DNA of 58,160 nucleotides, the filler included, from Basidiobolus ranarum (Eukaryota): the NCBI GenBank assembly GCA_040143965.1. It is 6 parts of 6 records of this genome, joined end to end, with 100 filler letters (N's around TTAATTAATTAA, not from the genome) between each part and the next. Parts side by side here need not be neighbours in the genome. Positions count along the whole stretch, not along the records: positions 38,872 to 48,470 come from JASJQH010007678.1; positions 48,571 to 58,160 come from JASJQH010007679.1; 4 more parts are not named here. One strand, written 5' to 3'. A program made the position numbers and the translations under genes. The notes below the pieces were generated by a model, which was not told the DNA's origin, did no database searches, and saw only the letters and a program-made list of their open reading frames with translations. Shown here piece by piece: positions 40,118-51,341 of the stretch. Positions within the stretch are counted from its first letter, which is position 1. Each line of letters opens with the position of its first letter.

Positions 40118-40999
40118 ATGATATTTGAATACCCAGTTACGATACCAATTAAAAAGGGGTATAGCAAAAAGATAATTTGTATATTAATGTTAGCATTGGC
40201 TATAATTATTATATGGACTATATTTGTACAAGGAAAAGCAAAAACGTGTGTATCAGAACCAAGTTATAATTTTTTGGGGAATGATATATGCGAACCATAT
40301 TATGTTCGAATTGGCGAAGAAATTCCAATAGAAACTCTTTCGACAGAAGAATTTTTGTTACATGGCATTATTATTGGATATAAAAATCCAATGAAGTACA
40401 AAGGTGAATTATTAACATGTAATATAACAGACGATAAGGATAAAAATAGTTTATTATCTAGGATAATATTTAAATATGTGGGAATTCAAAAATATACAGA
40501 TCAACAAAGTCCCGTTTATATATACGAACCGGACATGTTTTATCATATAGATTGTAAAAGCCCGGATAATTCATCTGAATATAATTTAATTATAACAGAT
40601 AAAACAAAAGGTTTCAAATCGGGGTTAATATCGGATTTTTCGACTTATATATCACAATGTACGTACCCGAATATTAAAGATTTGTTATGTTTATATACTA
40701 ACGATACCACAATAATTTCTGGGACATATTCCCAAGAATTAATTTATTGCAAAACTTTTGCTGATGGTTGCAAAGATTATAATAGAATTATGCAAAAAAG
40801 ACTTAAAACTATATATTTTGCAAAAGAATTTTCGTGTAAGAAATGTGAGTCTAAATGGTTAAAATTTACGGATATAATTACGAAAATAATTGTAAACGTT
40901 TTATCAATCATGTCTATAATATATGCTTTGTTAATATGGTTTACAAAAAAATATATTACTACAAAAGAAGAACTTAATAAACAAGTAGTGTCGGAATAA
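40118..40999 (+). CDS. Two-transmembrane protein with a ~210-aa Cys-rich ectodomain (293 aa), intronless
   Basis: MIFEYPVT start, TM1 IICILMLALAIIIIWTIFV, about 10 Cys and several N-X-S/T sequons, FSCKKC before TM2 IIVNVLSIMSIIYALLIWF, short basic tail. An 882-nt ORF at this AT content is very unlikely by chance. Confidence 0.85.
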   Translation: MIFEYPVTIPIKKGYSKKIICILMLALAIIIIWTIFVQGKAKTCVSEPSYNFLGNDICEPYYVRIGEEIPIETLSTEEFLLHGIIIGYKNPMKYKGELLTCNITDDKDKNSLLSRIIFKYVGIQKYTDQQSPVYIYEPDMFYHIDCKSPDNSSEYNLIITDKTKGFKSGLISDFSTYISQCTYPNIKDLLCLYTNDTTIISGTYSQELIYCKTFADGCKDYNRIMQKRLKTIYFAKEFSCKKCESKWLKFTDIITKIIVNVLSIMSIIYALLIWFTKKYITTKEELNKQVVSE

Positions 41000-43196
41000 T
41001 ATGTTTTTTCTAAATATTCATGGCATATTAGTTATATATAGCGGGTTATACATTTATATTTTTAAAAAAGTTTCGAGCATATTGGTCCAATCCTCGCTCG
41101 CATTGAAGGACTTGATTTTATTTTAATCCACATGCCCCTTGCAATCATTCGATTTGCCCCATAGCATTTCAGGTTCTGTATATTTTTGGATAGATCTGAT
41201 GCAAGAATAGGAAAGTAAATTCATAACTGTAACAATAGTCGCCGCCCTGCTATCGAAATGGGGTTTTTTATAACCAAAACGGTCATTGGCTGTGGGCTTC
41301 CACATGATTTACTCATATCTGTGTGTGAGCTGGGTATATCAGCAATGATCTAGTTTGGCCACATTGCACCCCCGAGTTTCCAAGGCCCATAAGGCTGTAA
41401 TGTAGCAGCAACACTGGTCAAGTAGAGTTAGCTCGTTGCTCTGTGGACCGTGTCATTTGTAGCCTTCCAATAAGCGTCGCCAGGCGCGGGGATGAGCTGA
41501 AGCTGGTTCACCAGGAATAGTCAAATCCTACACCAGATCTCGAAAGATAAATGAAGATTGGATAGCAGATTGGCTGCGAAGAGAACATTGGTGGCCACCA
41601 TTACTTATGGAAGTGTTCACAAAAGGACTTTAAGCCGGTTCGGAGTGGGGTTGGTGATTTCCAGACAAGAAGAGATTGCCTCTACAAAGTGGCACTTCAG
41701 ATCTGGCTGATCGTGATTCTAGCATCTAAATATCGTAGTTTTACAACTGATTGGTTGGTGGTATTTGATCAGTAATGGGATTGATACGATCTAGATAGGG
41801 TAAGCCATATGCTGAGCGAAAAGAAAACACTGTCCTGTTTCTCTTATCTTGATCTCCAAGACAACACCTGGCACTACGAGTAAATACGTCCCACACATCA
41901 TCATTTGGAAGACTTTGAGGTGCAGATCAAATACTCTGCTTCGTCAATCCGCAAGCATGTGTTATATACACCCTGAAGCAAAAGGAATATTAACTGGGAG
42001 CAGCGCTCGTTGAAGATCTCAGTTTGCTCATTACGCTCTGATTGCTACCATTGGCTTTTTAACTACTAAGGGCCTGAATGACAACACGAGATTGAAGTGC
42101 AATAACTAATATCTCTTGGCCAGTGAAAGTGTTCCATAGTAGTAGCAGTTTATCTCATATAGAAAAGTATGTACTAGTTTATGTATTATCAATTGTTGAT
42201 GATTCAGACATTGACGTTAATGCACAACTTAAAGCAGTACATAGAATACTGAGAAGCTAGCTTTAAGCCAGTACAATGCACTAAAATTCCTTCCGGGGAA
42301 ATTAGTCAACCTTGCCTTGAATATCGTAGGGATATGTCACCTAAATGCTAGTTCCATCAACAGTTTATGGATATGTGGATGGTATTGTTTATCGGGCACT
42401 TTGATGCACTTAGAGCGGGAGGGTTCAACTTATTCGTTGAAAATGGGCCTTGCTCGTAGCTCTTCCAGTACAAATAAGACGGTAAAGAATTACAACATGC
42501 AGATGATTTTCCGTCTCACAATAAATTCCTAGATTTATACAATTGGTCACGCGCCAATGTCATTTTAATAAACGGATCTGCTACCTCTAATATTGGAGGA
42601 ATATGGATCAAGGAAATGGAAAAGTTGTGATTCTTGGCGAAACTTGTCTCATTACTTGGTTGTGCAAATTAAAGTAGCAGGATCCTGATGTTACGTTGGT
42701 AAATTAATGCATCTACGAGAGGCAAATCTCTAAGCAAATACTGGCTCTTCCTGTCTTTACGGTCAAGATGGATGTACCATGAAACTAGTAGCCTTTTGCA
42801 CAAAGCTATGTATAAGAAAGAATCTCAAAGACTGCTCCACTAAAATCACGTAGTAATCCTTCTAATTTATCGGAGATAGTTGCCAAACTTGCTCATCCTC
42901 AGCACAGTATCCATACGTAAATTCATGCTTTCATTGACTTTGCAATATAATGTCCATCAATCGCATTCCATTCATGATTAACAGATTTGGTTTTCACAAA
43001 TCGATGATGATTTTGGTGCTAATTTGATCAAGCTAGTTTTATTCGGCTTATTCAAAATATATAAGTTTAGGCTTACCTGAAAAATTATCCAGATTTTTAT
43101 TTATGGTTGACTGAAAAATAAGCCTACAAATGGTTTCTTAACATTCCAATAATTAAGCATCATACTGCTGTATTACAGAGTAGAGCAAACTACACA

Positions 43197-45237
43197 ATGG
43201 AACTTCCTACATCGGATGCCATTCCCAAAAATGATACAGAATATAACCCAACTGTGTCCATACAAGAGAATAATAGTATGATTAGCGAAGATCAGGGTAC
43301 TGACGATTATCCAACACAACACGTAGATGCCATCGACGTAGAAATGGCCACTTCCGAACATAATGACCAAAACATCTCAGCCGAAGAACAATATTACCCA
43401 CAACCTTATCAATTGATAGATTACGACTTCACTCAAAAGTGTGTTTGTGTAGCAACAGCCGAAGATTTTACTCAAGGAGATATCACAATTAAAAGTGATC
43501 AAAATAATTTCTTCAAAAGTGCCAAATGGTAAAGATTAATTATTTGCTTTGTTGCTTTGTTTGTGCTATGGAATAATCCATTTTTCATACACAGGTCTCC
43601 AGACGGAAGCTGTTTTCTTACCAATTCCAACGATGATGTAGTTCGGGTTGTTGAGCTGTATCCTTTTCTAATGCCTTGAATTTACGCATTCAATTTTTTC
43701 AAAGCTCTATCCTCTTAAAGATTTCCTCTTAACTCAAAAGAAGTCCTACTGATATTATGGAAGTTACCGAGGGTTACTATCATTTAGCTATCCATTTCTT
43801 TAATTTCTGTAACAGCCGTTGATGTCTTTTGATATTTAGAGACGGGGTTAAAGTCAATTTCTCAGGTAACAGAGGCTGAGACTGTTTATGATGCTTCTTG
43901 GTATCCATTAATGAACGCTCAAGGTAATTATAGATGATTTGAGTGCTTCATTTCTTGTACAGCGATTGATGACCACTATATCTTATTAGATCCAGCAACC
44001 TGCTGTTTTGTCACCTCTTCTCGTGATCATCCGGTTCATCTGTGGGATGCCTACTCTGGACAAGTATGAACTGTACGAAACTTCTTTCAACAATATGATG
44101 TCTAAGATTCTTTCTAGCTACGTGGTTCTTACAGTATTGTGGATCATCGAGAGCAAATGATCGGTTCCAACTCCCTTTGCTTTAATCTAGATGGAACCAA
44201 GTAAGCATTAACAGTAACCAAGCAACCAACTTTAACGACACTAACGAACTACCTTCTGTGAAGACTCTACTGTGGCTTCAATAATTCAATTCATATCTTT
44301 GATACTGCTCGCCCCGGTCGAGATTGTTATAAAATGGCTACCACACCAACTCGTAAAAGTAAGAAGGGACAAAAAGGTTGGGTTACGAATGTTCATTTAT
44401 CACGAATATTCATGATTTCGATGGCTAACTTTCGATCTAAAATAGGTGTCATCTCCTGTATTTCATTTAATCCGGATCGCTCTGGCCTCTATGCTGCAGG
44501 CTCCTACTCAAAAACCATCGGATTGTACGCTGAAAATGAGAATAAATTGATTTCCTTGCTCAAAGGTCCACAAGGAGGCTTAACACAGGTTACTAGTCTA
44601 AATTGCTTGATGACTGTCAATGAAGTAATTTCTGATCCAGATCGTAATTAGGTTCAATTCTCTCCAGACGGGCGATACCTGTACTCAGTTTCGAGGAAAG
44701 ACAATGAGATATATTGCTGGGATATTCGTGATACTGGTGAAGTGTTATTCACTTTAAAGCGCTACGGAGATACGAATCAAAGGATATCGTTCGATATAGA
44801 TATGAGTGGACGCTACCTACTAAGCGGTGATCAGGTAATATATTGTGACACTCTCGATGATCATTGTCTTGCGGAGCTTCTAATGGCGAATTCTATCGTG
44901 TAGAATGGATCATTGACTACTTATGGCTTGAACCCATCTTCCTCTCAAGCAGAGCCCATTCTATCTTTCCCTGCTCATCAAGGTATTTCTACGCCGGTTC
45001 ATCTACAAATCCCTCCCTTCTCATGACTTTCTATACTTAGATCTTGTCTCTTCCGCATCTTTTCATCCTACTCTGCCTCTTCTCTTGACTAGTTCTGGAC
45101 AACGCAAATTCCAGATCGATGGAGATGACGAAGAGTTGACAATCGACAATTCTCTCAAAATATGGAAAGTCCCAGCTAGTTACAACTGGTACCTCGATGG
45201 GGCTATTTATAATCCACAGGTAGACGTCGAAGTATAA
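43197..45237 (+). CDS. WRAP53: WD40 protein WRAP53/TCAB1 (telomerase Cajal body protein 1; Swt21-like), multi-exon
   Basis: NNFFKSAKWSPDGSCFLTNSND, ETVYDASWYP, CCFVTSSRDHPVHLWDAYSG, LYCGFNNSIHIFDTARPGRD, GLYAAGSYSKTIGLY, TNQRISFDID. Confidence 0.9.
43658..43743 (+). other. U12-type (minor spliceosome) GT-AG intron in WRAP53
   Basis: 5' site GTATCCTTTT matches the U12 consensus RTATCCTTT. TTCCTCTTAAC branch-like sequence at 43723-43733. Tandem AAG AAG acceptors end at 43740 and 43743, and removal to either keeps the frame. Confidence 0.8.
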
Positions 45238-45705
45238 ACCTGCTCCTGCCAGGTACTACCAGTGCGTACATACAATAGCTATTAGACTATCTACTGTCCC
45301 TATTAATGAACCATTTATTTTCTGACTGATTCTTTAGTCAATTAGTTCTTGATTATCTCCAACCAACTCACACAGCGTATGGGAATTCATAAAAATTCAA
45401 GCCATAATCATAGAGAAGGTTTCCAATCATGATGGGTTGTATACAAACAAATAATCTTTTAAAATAAATAGAAAAACATCTCTTTGTTCTTCCAAATATA
45501 TAAGAGGCAGCCACATATACGAGTCAAAAATGGGTGCTTACTATTCAAAGTTCAAGTGATGTTAATTCTCGGATAAAGGCATAAGGATAAGTGGGATAAA
45601 GTTCTCAAAAAATAGCTTGTGAAAAGAAGAGAACAGTAGAATGTCAACGTAGAGAAGGCTGTGCTGATCTTCAGTGTTCACAAGCAGTATAGTAACTGCA
45701 ATGAA

Positions 45706-47782
45706 CTAACTTCGAAACTCTGGAAAATCTCGAGGGTCCCAATTTTCACGATCACATACCACCAAGGGCTCATATTTAGTTTCATCGCCTGTGGGATCAA
45801 TGCCTTGAATCGCACACACCCTAATGGCATAAGATTTAAAGAAGAGCCTATATTTAAGAACTCCACGGAAAGTTAGTTCATATGGATGTCGAAGGATTTG
45901 ATACCTAAATGAAACACAAGTGTTAGAACATCGCAAGGAAAAGCTTAGTCAAGAATTCTCATCACCATTTATTTTCCGCCTCATCAGCAACTCCTCCAGG
46001 GTTTCTCAGTCTAAACTGTGCGGTAACATTGTTCGGTGTTCCACTAATGCCATTTCCTCGATTAAACATGATGGGTTCATCAAGGTGATCCAAATTTCCA
46101 AGAAACTCGGCTGGGCGAGTGCCTGGCATCATAAAAGACTATCAAATCTCTGCCAAAAGTAGACTTTAAAACTAGAGACAAACCTCGTTTTTCTTGCAAG
46201 TTACTTCCCACCTCATTGATGATATCTTCACTACTACGAGCTATGCGACTTTCAGTATTGTTCTTTTTTATTGGAGTAGCAAAAATTCCCACATCCACAG
46301 TGGAAATCTCTACTGCCCAAATATTCCAGTTCTTCCCCTTCAAATGAGCATCAAAGACTAGCTCTTTTTCAGCCGCCAAAACATTTGTTACTGCTGTGAG
46401 AGATACATCTGTTAAAGGTATGGTGGAGAATGCGTAAATAAAGCAACACACAATTCCCAGAAAAACCAAAGACAGTGTTCCAATAAGAGGATTTCTCTTT
46501 TGTTGGTTTCTAAATAAACCGACAGTTCAATATTATTAAGCAAGTTGCGGGAGCATAACTCCCAAGTGAGTACAAACAAGTTACCTATTTCGCCTTCTCC
46601 TGGCTTCCGACGGGTTCATCTTCCAAAATAGGGGTAGAGTTTCATCAACATCTGATTGAACCCTGCTAGCTTGATGTGAAGGAGATGTATAGCCTTGGCC
46701 TCTGCGTGAAAACTCTTTACCAGGAGTCACACTCTTGTGACGATGATTGGGGGAGTTAAGCTGCGATTTGGCACCTCTTGCACCATTCTTCCACTTGGCT
46801 GAAAAGTAGCCATCGTCACCCTCTGAGTCAATGCTAGATCCTGAATCATAGAACTTGTTAGAGTTTCCTACTCTCTCATATTCCCCAGACTTGAAATACT
46901 CTCCATCTGAAACAAGAGGAGATGCGCTTTGTGATGGCACAGGGGTTCGTGGAGAGAAAAGCGGTGAATTGATAGGAGATCTACGATCTAGCTTGTCACA
47001 CAGAGGACCGCTTTTCTGATTGGCAAGTCTGCTTTGACTACGGTATTTAGGGTAAACAAACTCTTCATCTGATTCATCTACGAAATTTGTATCCTATCAG
47101 GATGATTCTAATCATGACTAATGAAAAAAATTCAATTAGATACATACCTCCAACATCACTGACATATACAGTCATCCGGGCTCCTAAATTACCTGGAAAT
47201 AGGGCTGATGGTTTACGCTCATCATTATTCAATGCTGGTCGTAGCTTTTTTTTCCCTCGCGTTTTAGAACTCATCGATCCAGGACTGGCCTGCTAAATAA
47301 TCCATTTGAATTGCAGTCAAGTAGAAGATAAATTGAAGAAAGGCTCTTACTACGGGATTTTTTTTACTTCTTAGAGAGCCACGCATGTTATTATCGGAAG
47401 CATCAACTCTTTCAATACTCAGTTCGCGCGGTTGCAAAGTGTTGACAGAAGGCTTTGTCTTGATGATTCCTCTCTTCTCACTAAGAAGGGGTTCACTAAA
47501 TATTCTTGATTTTGACCCGCCTTTATCGTCATAAGAGTTAGCTGCGCTCTCAGCATCACTATTTGGGTTTTGCTTTACATTGATAGCCAAAAGTTTGGAT
47601 TGTGAGGGTTGGGCAGACTGTAAGGAAGGGGTTCTGGTAATTTAAGTGGGGTAAATACAGAAATACTTTTAAGGGTATATTAGCACACATATATATAACC
47701 TCTTGGCGTTTTTGGAATGGAGAAAGAGTGCAGCCTGTTCATCTAACTCATGGTCATCCAGGTCTGTGAGACGGTCCAACAT
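45706..47782 (-). CDS. VAC7: Vacuolar segregation protein Vac7-like (Fab1 activator), multi-exon
   Basis: Disordered N-terminus (spliced start MLDRLTDLDDHE), one TM, then STIPLTDVSLTAVTNVLAAEKELVFD...NWNIWAVEISTVDVGIFA and ILRHPYELTFRGVLKY. Confidence 0.8.
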
Positions 47783-48470
47783 CGCTGTAATGTTGAATGG
47801 CGAACACGGGTGGAAATATGAGATAAAAAGACAACCTGTTGAAGGGAAGGCCTACTAGGCAACTATTGTGAAGGTTCAGGGTAAGAAAGTGGAGGGCGTA
47901 TAGGCAAAAGTTATTCACAAAGAAGTCAGCACTGGGTTGCTAGTATTCAGCAGCAATCCTATGAAAGCTGTATACAAGTGTTGGAATATATACAACCTTG
48001 GTGAAAATGCGAGACTCTGAGCTACATATATACTTATTTATATTGTATTTCAAACTGATAGTTTCTATTGATCTAAGTTGATTGACTTTACTCTTATATT
48101 AGATCCCTATACATCCGCTTGATTTAACATTATGATTTATTGCATAGATAGGAGGTCGAGACGATAAAATATGACAGTCACATCACCGTTTTAATCAATG
48201 GATTCAGTAGCCAATCCTCAAATGCAATTGGAGGGAGAGTTCAAATAGGAGTGGGCATTCTGCTTGCTTTGGTGACTAATTTAGGTATCTCAATTAATCT
48301 AGTGATAATTCAACAGCGAGTCTTAATGTGATGGCGTCATGTATATCATGCTAATGTAATGTACCTGTCCTACAAACTCCATCGTTTCTTAATACGCTGA
48401 GAACAAAGAATGCTAGACCCCAAAGCCACTTTCAACGAGATACGCTCAAAAGTCACCAAACACTGGGCAT

Positions 48471-48570
48471 NNNNNNNNNNNNNNNNNNNNNNNNNNNNNN
48501 NNNNNNNNNNNNNNTTAATTAATTAANNNNNNNNNNNNNNNNNNNNNNNNNNNNNNNNNNNNNNNNNNNN
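48471..48570. other. Artificial contig linker
   Basis: N44-TTAATTAATTAA-N44. Confidence 0.99.
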
Positions 48571-49580
48571 CCAGCCATTATTGAATGATACAAGGCAAGC
48601 GATAGATACACACAGGACAGTATAGACGGAAAACCCGGCTTGAGATGAGTCAGTTGAACCTTTTACCTCTTTGGTAGAACGACCAAACATTGTTAATAAG
48701 TATATTCGAATGAAATAGAATGTATTGAGTCAAGTTGAGTGAGAATTGTTTTATGAATGGAGTTAACTGTCAAGTGGCAAGATATTTATATTACAGTATC
48801 GCATTTGGTAGAATTCGATCAACTCATTTTAGTAAACCCATATCCGATAAATTGCGAAATCTGGATGCGACTCTTTTTTCCAGTCACTATGCAACATTGT
48901 TAATGACCGGCATTACTATATTAGTACAAAATTAACCCCGAATTCAACCCCGTATTGCTATTATTAATATGGTATTTGATGATAAAAGGTAATTTCAATG
49001 GGCCTTTCTGATTCTAAAGTGCCTATAGGTTAAACGTGCACCTTAAATAAGGGAAAAGTCACATTTATTGCTAATCGTGGAGTTAACCCGATAATTACAG
49101 ATTTGAGCTTCATCTAGACTTCACTTAGCTGCGGTATTGTAGTTCAGTGTATGTATGGAACGAGGAACACTGATGTCATAGAAAAATGACTCCGGTTATT
49201 GCCGTAGGTTAGTTTGTGATGGCAAAGTTCCCATCAGACATCCTAAGTTTCTTTTGTTTTAAGCAAAAATGGATTTCTGGTGTATGCAGAGTGATAAAAA
49301 TGTTAATATGTAGCTAAGGCGGCTAGTCCTTGATGGAGCATCTGGCGAGACAAATTCTTCTTTAGCAACAACTACTGTATTGGAGTTCATCTAAATGTAA
49401 AGCAAGTCTTCTACACCATGATATATGCTTCTGTTACAATAATCGCCAAACTGAATTGTTCTTGAATTATCTGGCCATGTAATCTTTGTATGCCTGTCAA
49501 TCAAAGAGTTGTTGTTAGCTGCCAAATAGTATCTTTCAAGATTATGAGCTATTGAGCCATAAATGAAATAGACCACTTTC

Positions 49581-49929
49581 TGCTGAAATTAGCATTGCCT
49601 AAACCCCAATATAGTCCTATATAGCTTAGTACTTAGTAATCTTAAATTTCACTAAGATATTACCCATTAATCTCAATCGGAATTTACTTAGAATATTGAA
49701 ACCAACTTACAAGTTCTCAGATATATATATTTTTCAAACTTGTGCTAGAAATCCCAAACCTTGCACTCATGTTCCTGGGACCTTCCTTAACGCATTCTAC
49801 ACGTTAGTTTGTTTACATCTTGACAAAACTATAAATGTCAACTGAATACTCAATAAATCAATAAGTGAAAACCATCAATTTCTCAAATTCTCCAAACCAC
49901 TTCCAACAGGCTCCCAAATACTTTGACCA
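49581..49929 (+). repeat. Solo LTR of the same Copia family as in contig 1
   Basis: TGCTGAAATTAGCATTGCCTAAA...CTTCCAACAGGCTCCCAAATACTTTGACCA matches the reverse complement of 5595-5942 along its length. No PBS or pol sequence adjoins it, and no clear TSD. Confidence 0.9.
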
Positions 49930-50559
49930 ATATTATAAGCACTTCCATTATAAGATAGTAATGTTCTATTCAATAGGCTAAAAAGTATTGCTTTGTGTAT
50001 GTTGTAGATATTTAGGAAATTTAGAAGAAATATGAGATTTGCATGCACTGATTTGAAAATAGGCATCTATCCTTAAGTTAGAAATGAAGAAGAAGAATAG
50101 CTTGAAAACATCCATAGGATATAAAGAAATCTAGAGAAGTTGGTATACAGTTGCAAAAATGTTTGCCAGCTTAGAAATTTTAACTTGTCTAAATGTCTCG
50201 GAGATTTATCCAAAATATGTACTAGAAATTTCCACTCCATTGTTGAGCACATCTAGTGATTTGCGAGATGAATCTGAAAGAACTAAAGGTCTTGTCCTTG
50301 GGTTGATTCCCAAAAGTTGTTTAGAGTTTCTTCCGGTTGGAATATGCTTAATCGAAAGGTTCAGTATGCCTTGCGCACCTAGGATAGATTAATATTTATC
50401 TTGGTACTTAACCACCTATTTCAAGTACCCTTTTACAAATACTTTCTTAATGACAAATCATCACTTCTATTTGAAGGAAACATGGGCAATTGTATTTAGA
50501 TTAAACAATATGAATGTTGTATGATTGAGTTTTCGGTTAAGAAAGCTTGAAACTTGTAA

Positions 50560-50641
50560 TTGGAGATTGCATTCTCATACACTTTGGTTCCTAACCACTC
50601 TTGGAGACTCCATTCTCATGTACTTTAGTTCCCAACCACTG
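50560..50641. repeat. Two-copy 41-bp imperfect tandem duplication
   Basis: TTGGAGATTGCATTCTCATACACTTTGGTTCCTAACCACTC followed by TTGGAGACTCCATTCTCATGTACTTTAGTTCCCAACCACTG. Confidence 0.8.
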
Positions 50642-51341
50642 AACTATACTTCACAATTGTAAGATGGCTTAATTAGGACATGACTTGAAAAGGTTGTGCC
50701 TTAAATGTACTTGGGGTTCATACTGATACCATTATTGGGTAAACTATCATCTGTTCCTGTCAGTTGATATTGCAATTACGTAGTTTGTATCTCTAAGTAG
50801 ACATGAGCATTCCAGGTAAACCAATCAACAAGCAATCTTGTAAAAGAATCCCGCAGTAATGTAGCTTTATTCGAAATATGTGACCAACCTTAATATCATA
50901 CACCAGCCAATCAATGGTGTTGAGTGCTTATCAAAGTTATAAATAAACATACTGATCACAAATCTTCCATAAAAAATAGAATCAATCCTCATTGAAAACG
51001 TGAACTCATCTACATGATCGGGCATCAAAGACTGGCTAGCTTGAAACGAAGGGCGTTGGTAAAAGTGAATAAAAAAAATTATGAGAATCATCGGTTACTT
51101 CAAGAATATGATGAAATATGAGATCATTTCTGTTCCTGAATCTCACAGAATGCCATATTTAAACGCCAGTGGCTGCGCAAAGTAGGTAACTGCGGTTGTA
51201 TGAAATGCCAAGGTATTTATTTATGCTTGGGATCAGCCCGCCTAGCCTACACAAAGTGTACTTGAAAATTTCTTATATAATTCACTTATTCCTGGTAGAA
51301 TATCAACATCTCTTTAAGGTATATCCCACTTATTTACAAAC

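Larger units (their letters stand above)
38872..41076. mobile_element. AT-rich intronless foreign island, candidate endogenous viral element (left end cut by contig edge)
   Basis: Sampled 60-nt lines are 13-28% GC versus 40-50% in sampled host exons. It has three intronless ORFs with A/T-ending codons, retains CpG, and returns abruptly to host composition near 41076. Confidence 0.6.

Noticed and set aside
41100-43100. Moderately GC-rich stretch next to the island that might be a pseudogene
   Set aside because: No sustained ORF, consistent splice pattern or recognisable motif could be read.
50560-50641. 41-bp two-copy repeat as a regulatory array or element end
   Set aside because: Only two diverged copies, consistent with an ordinary local duplication.
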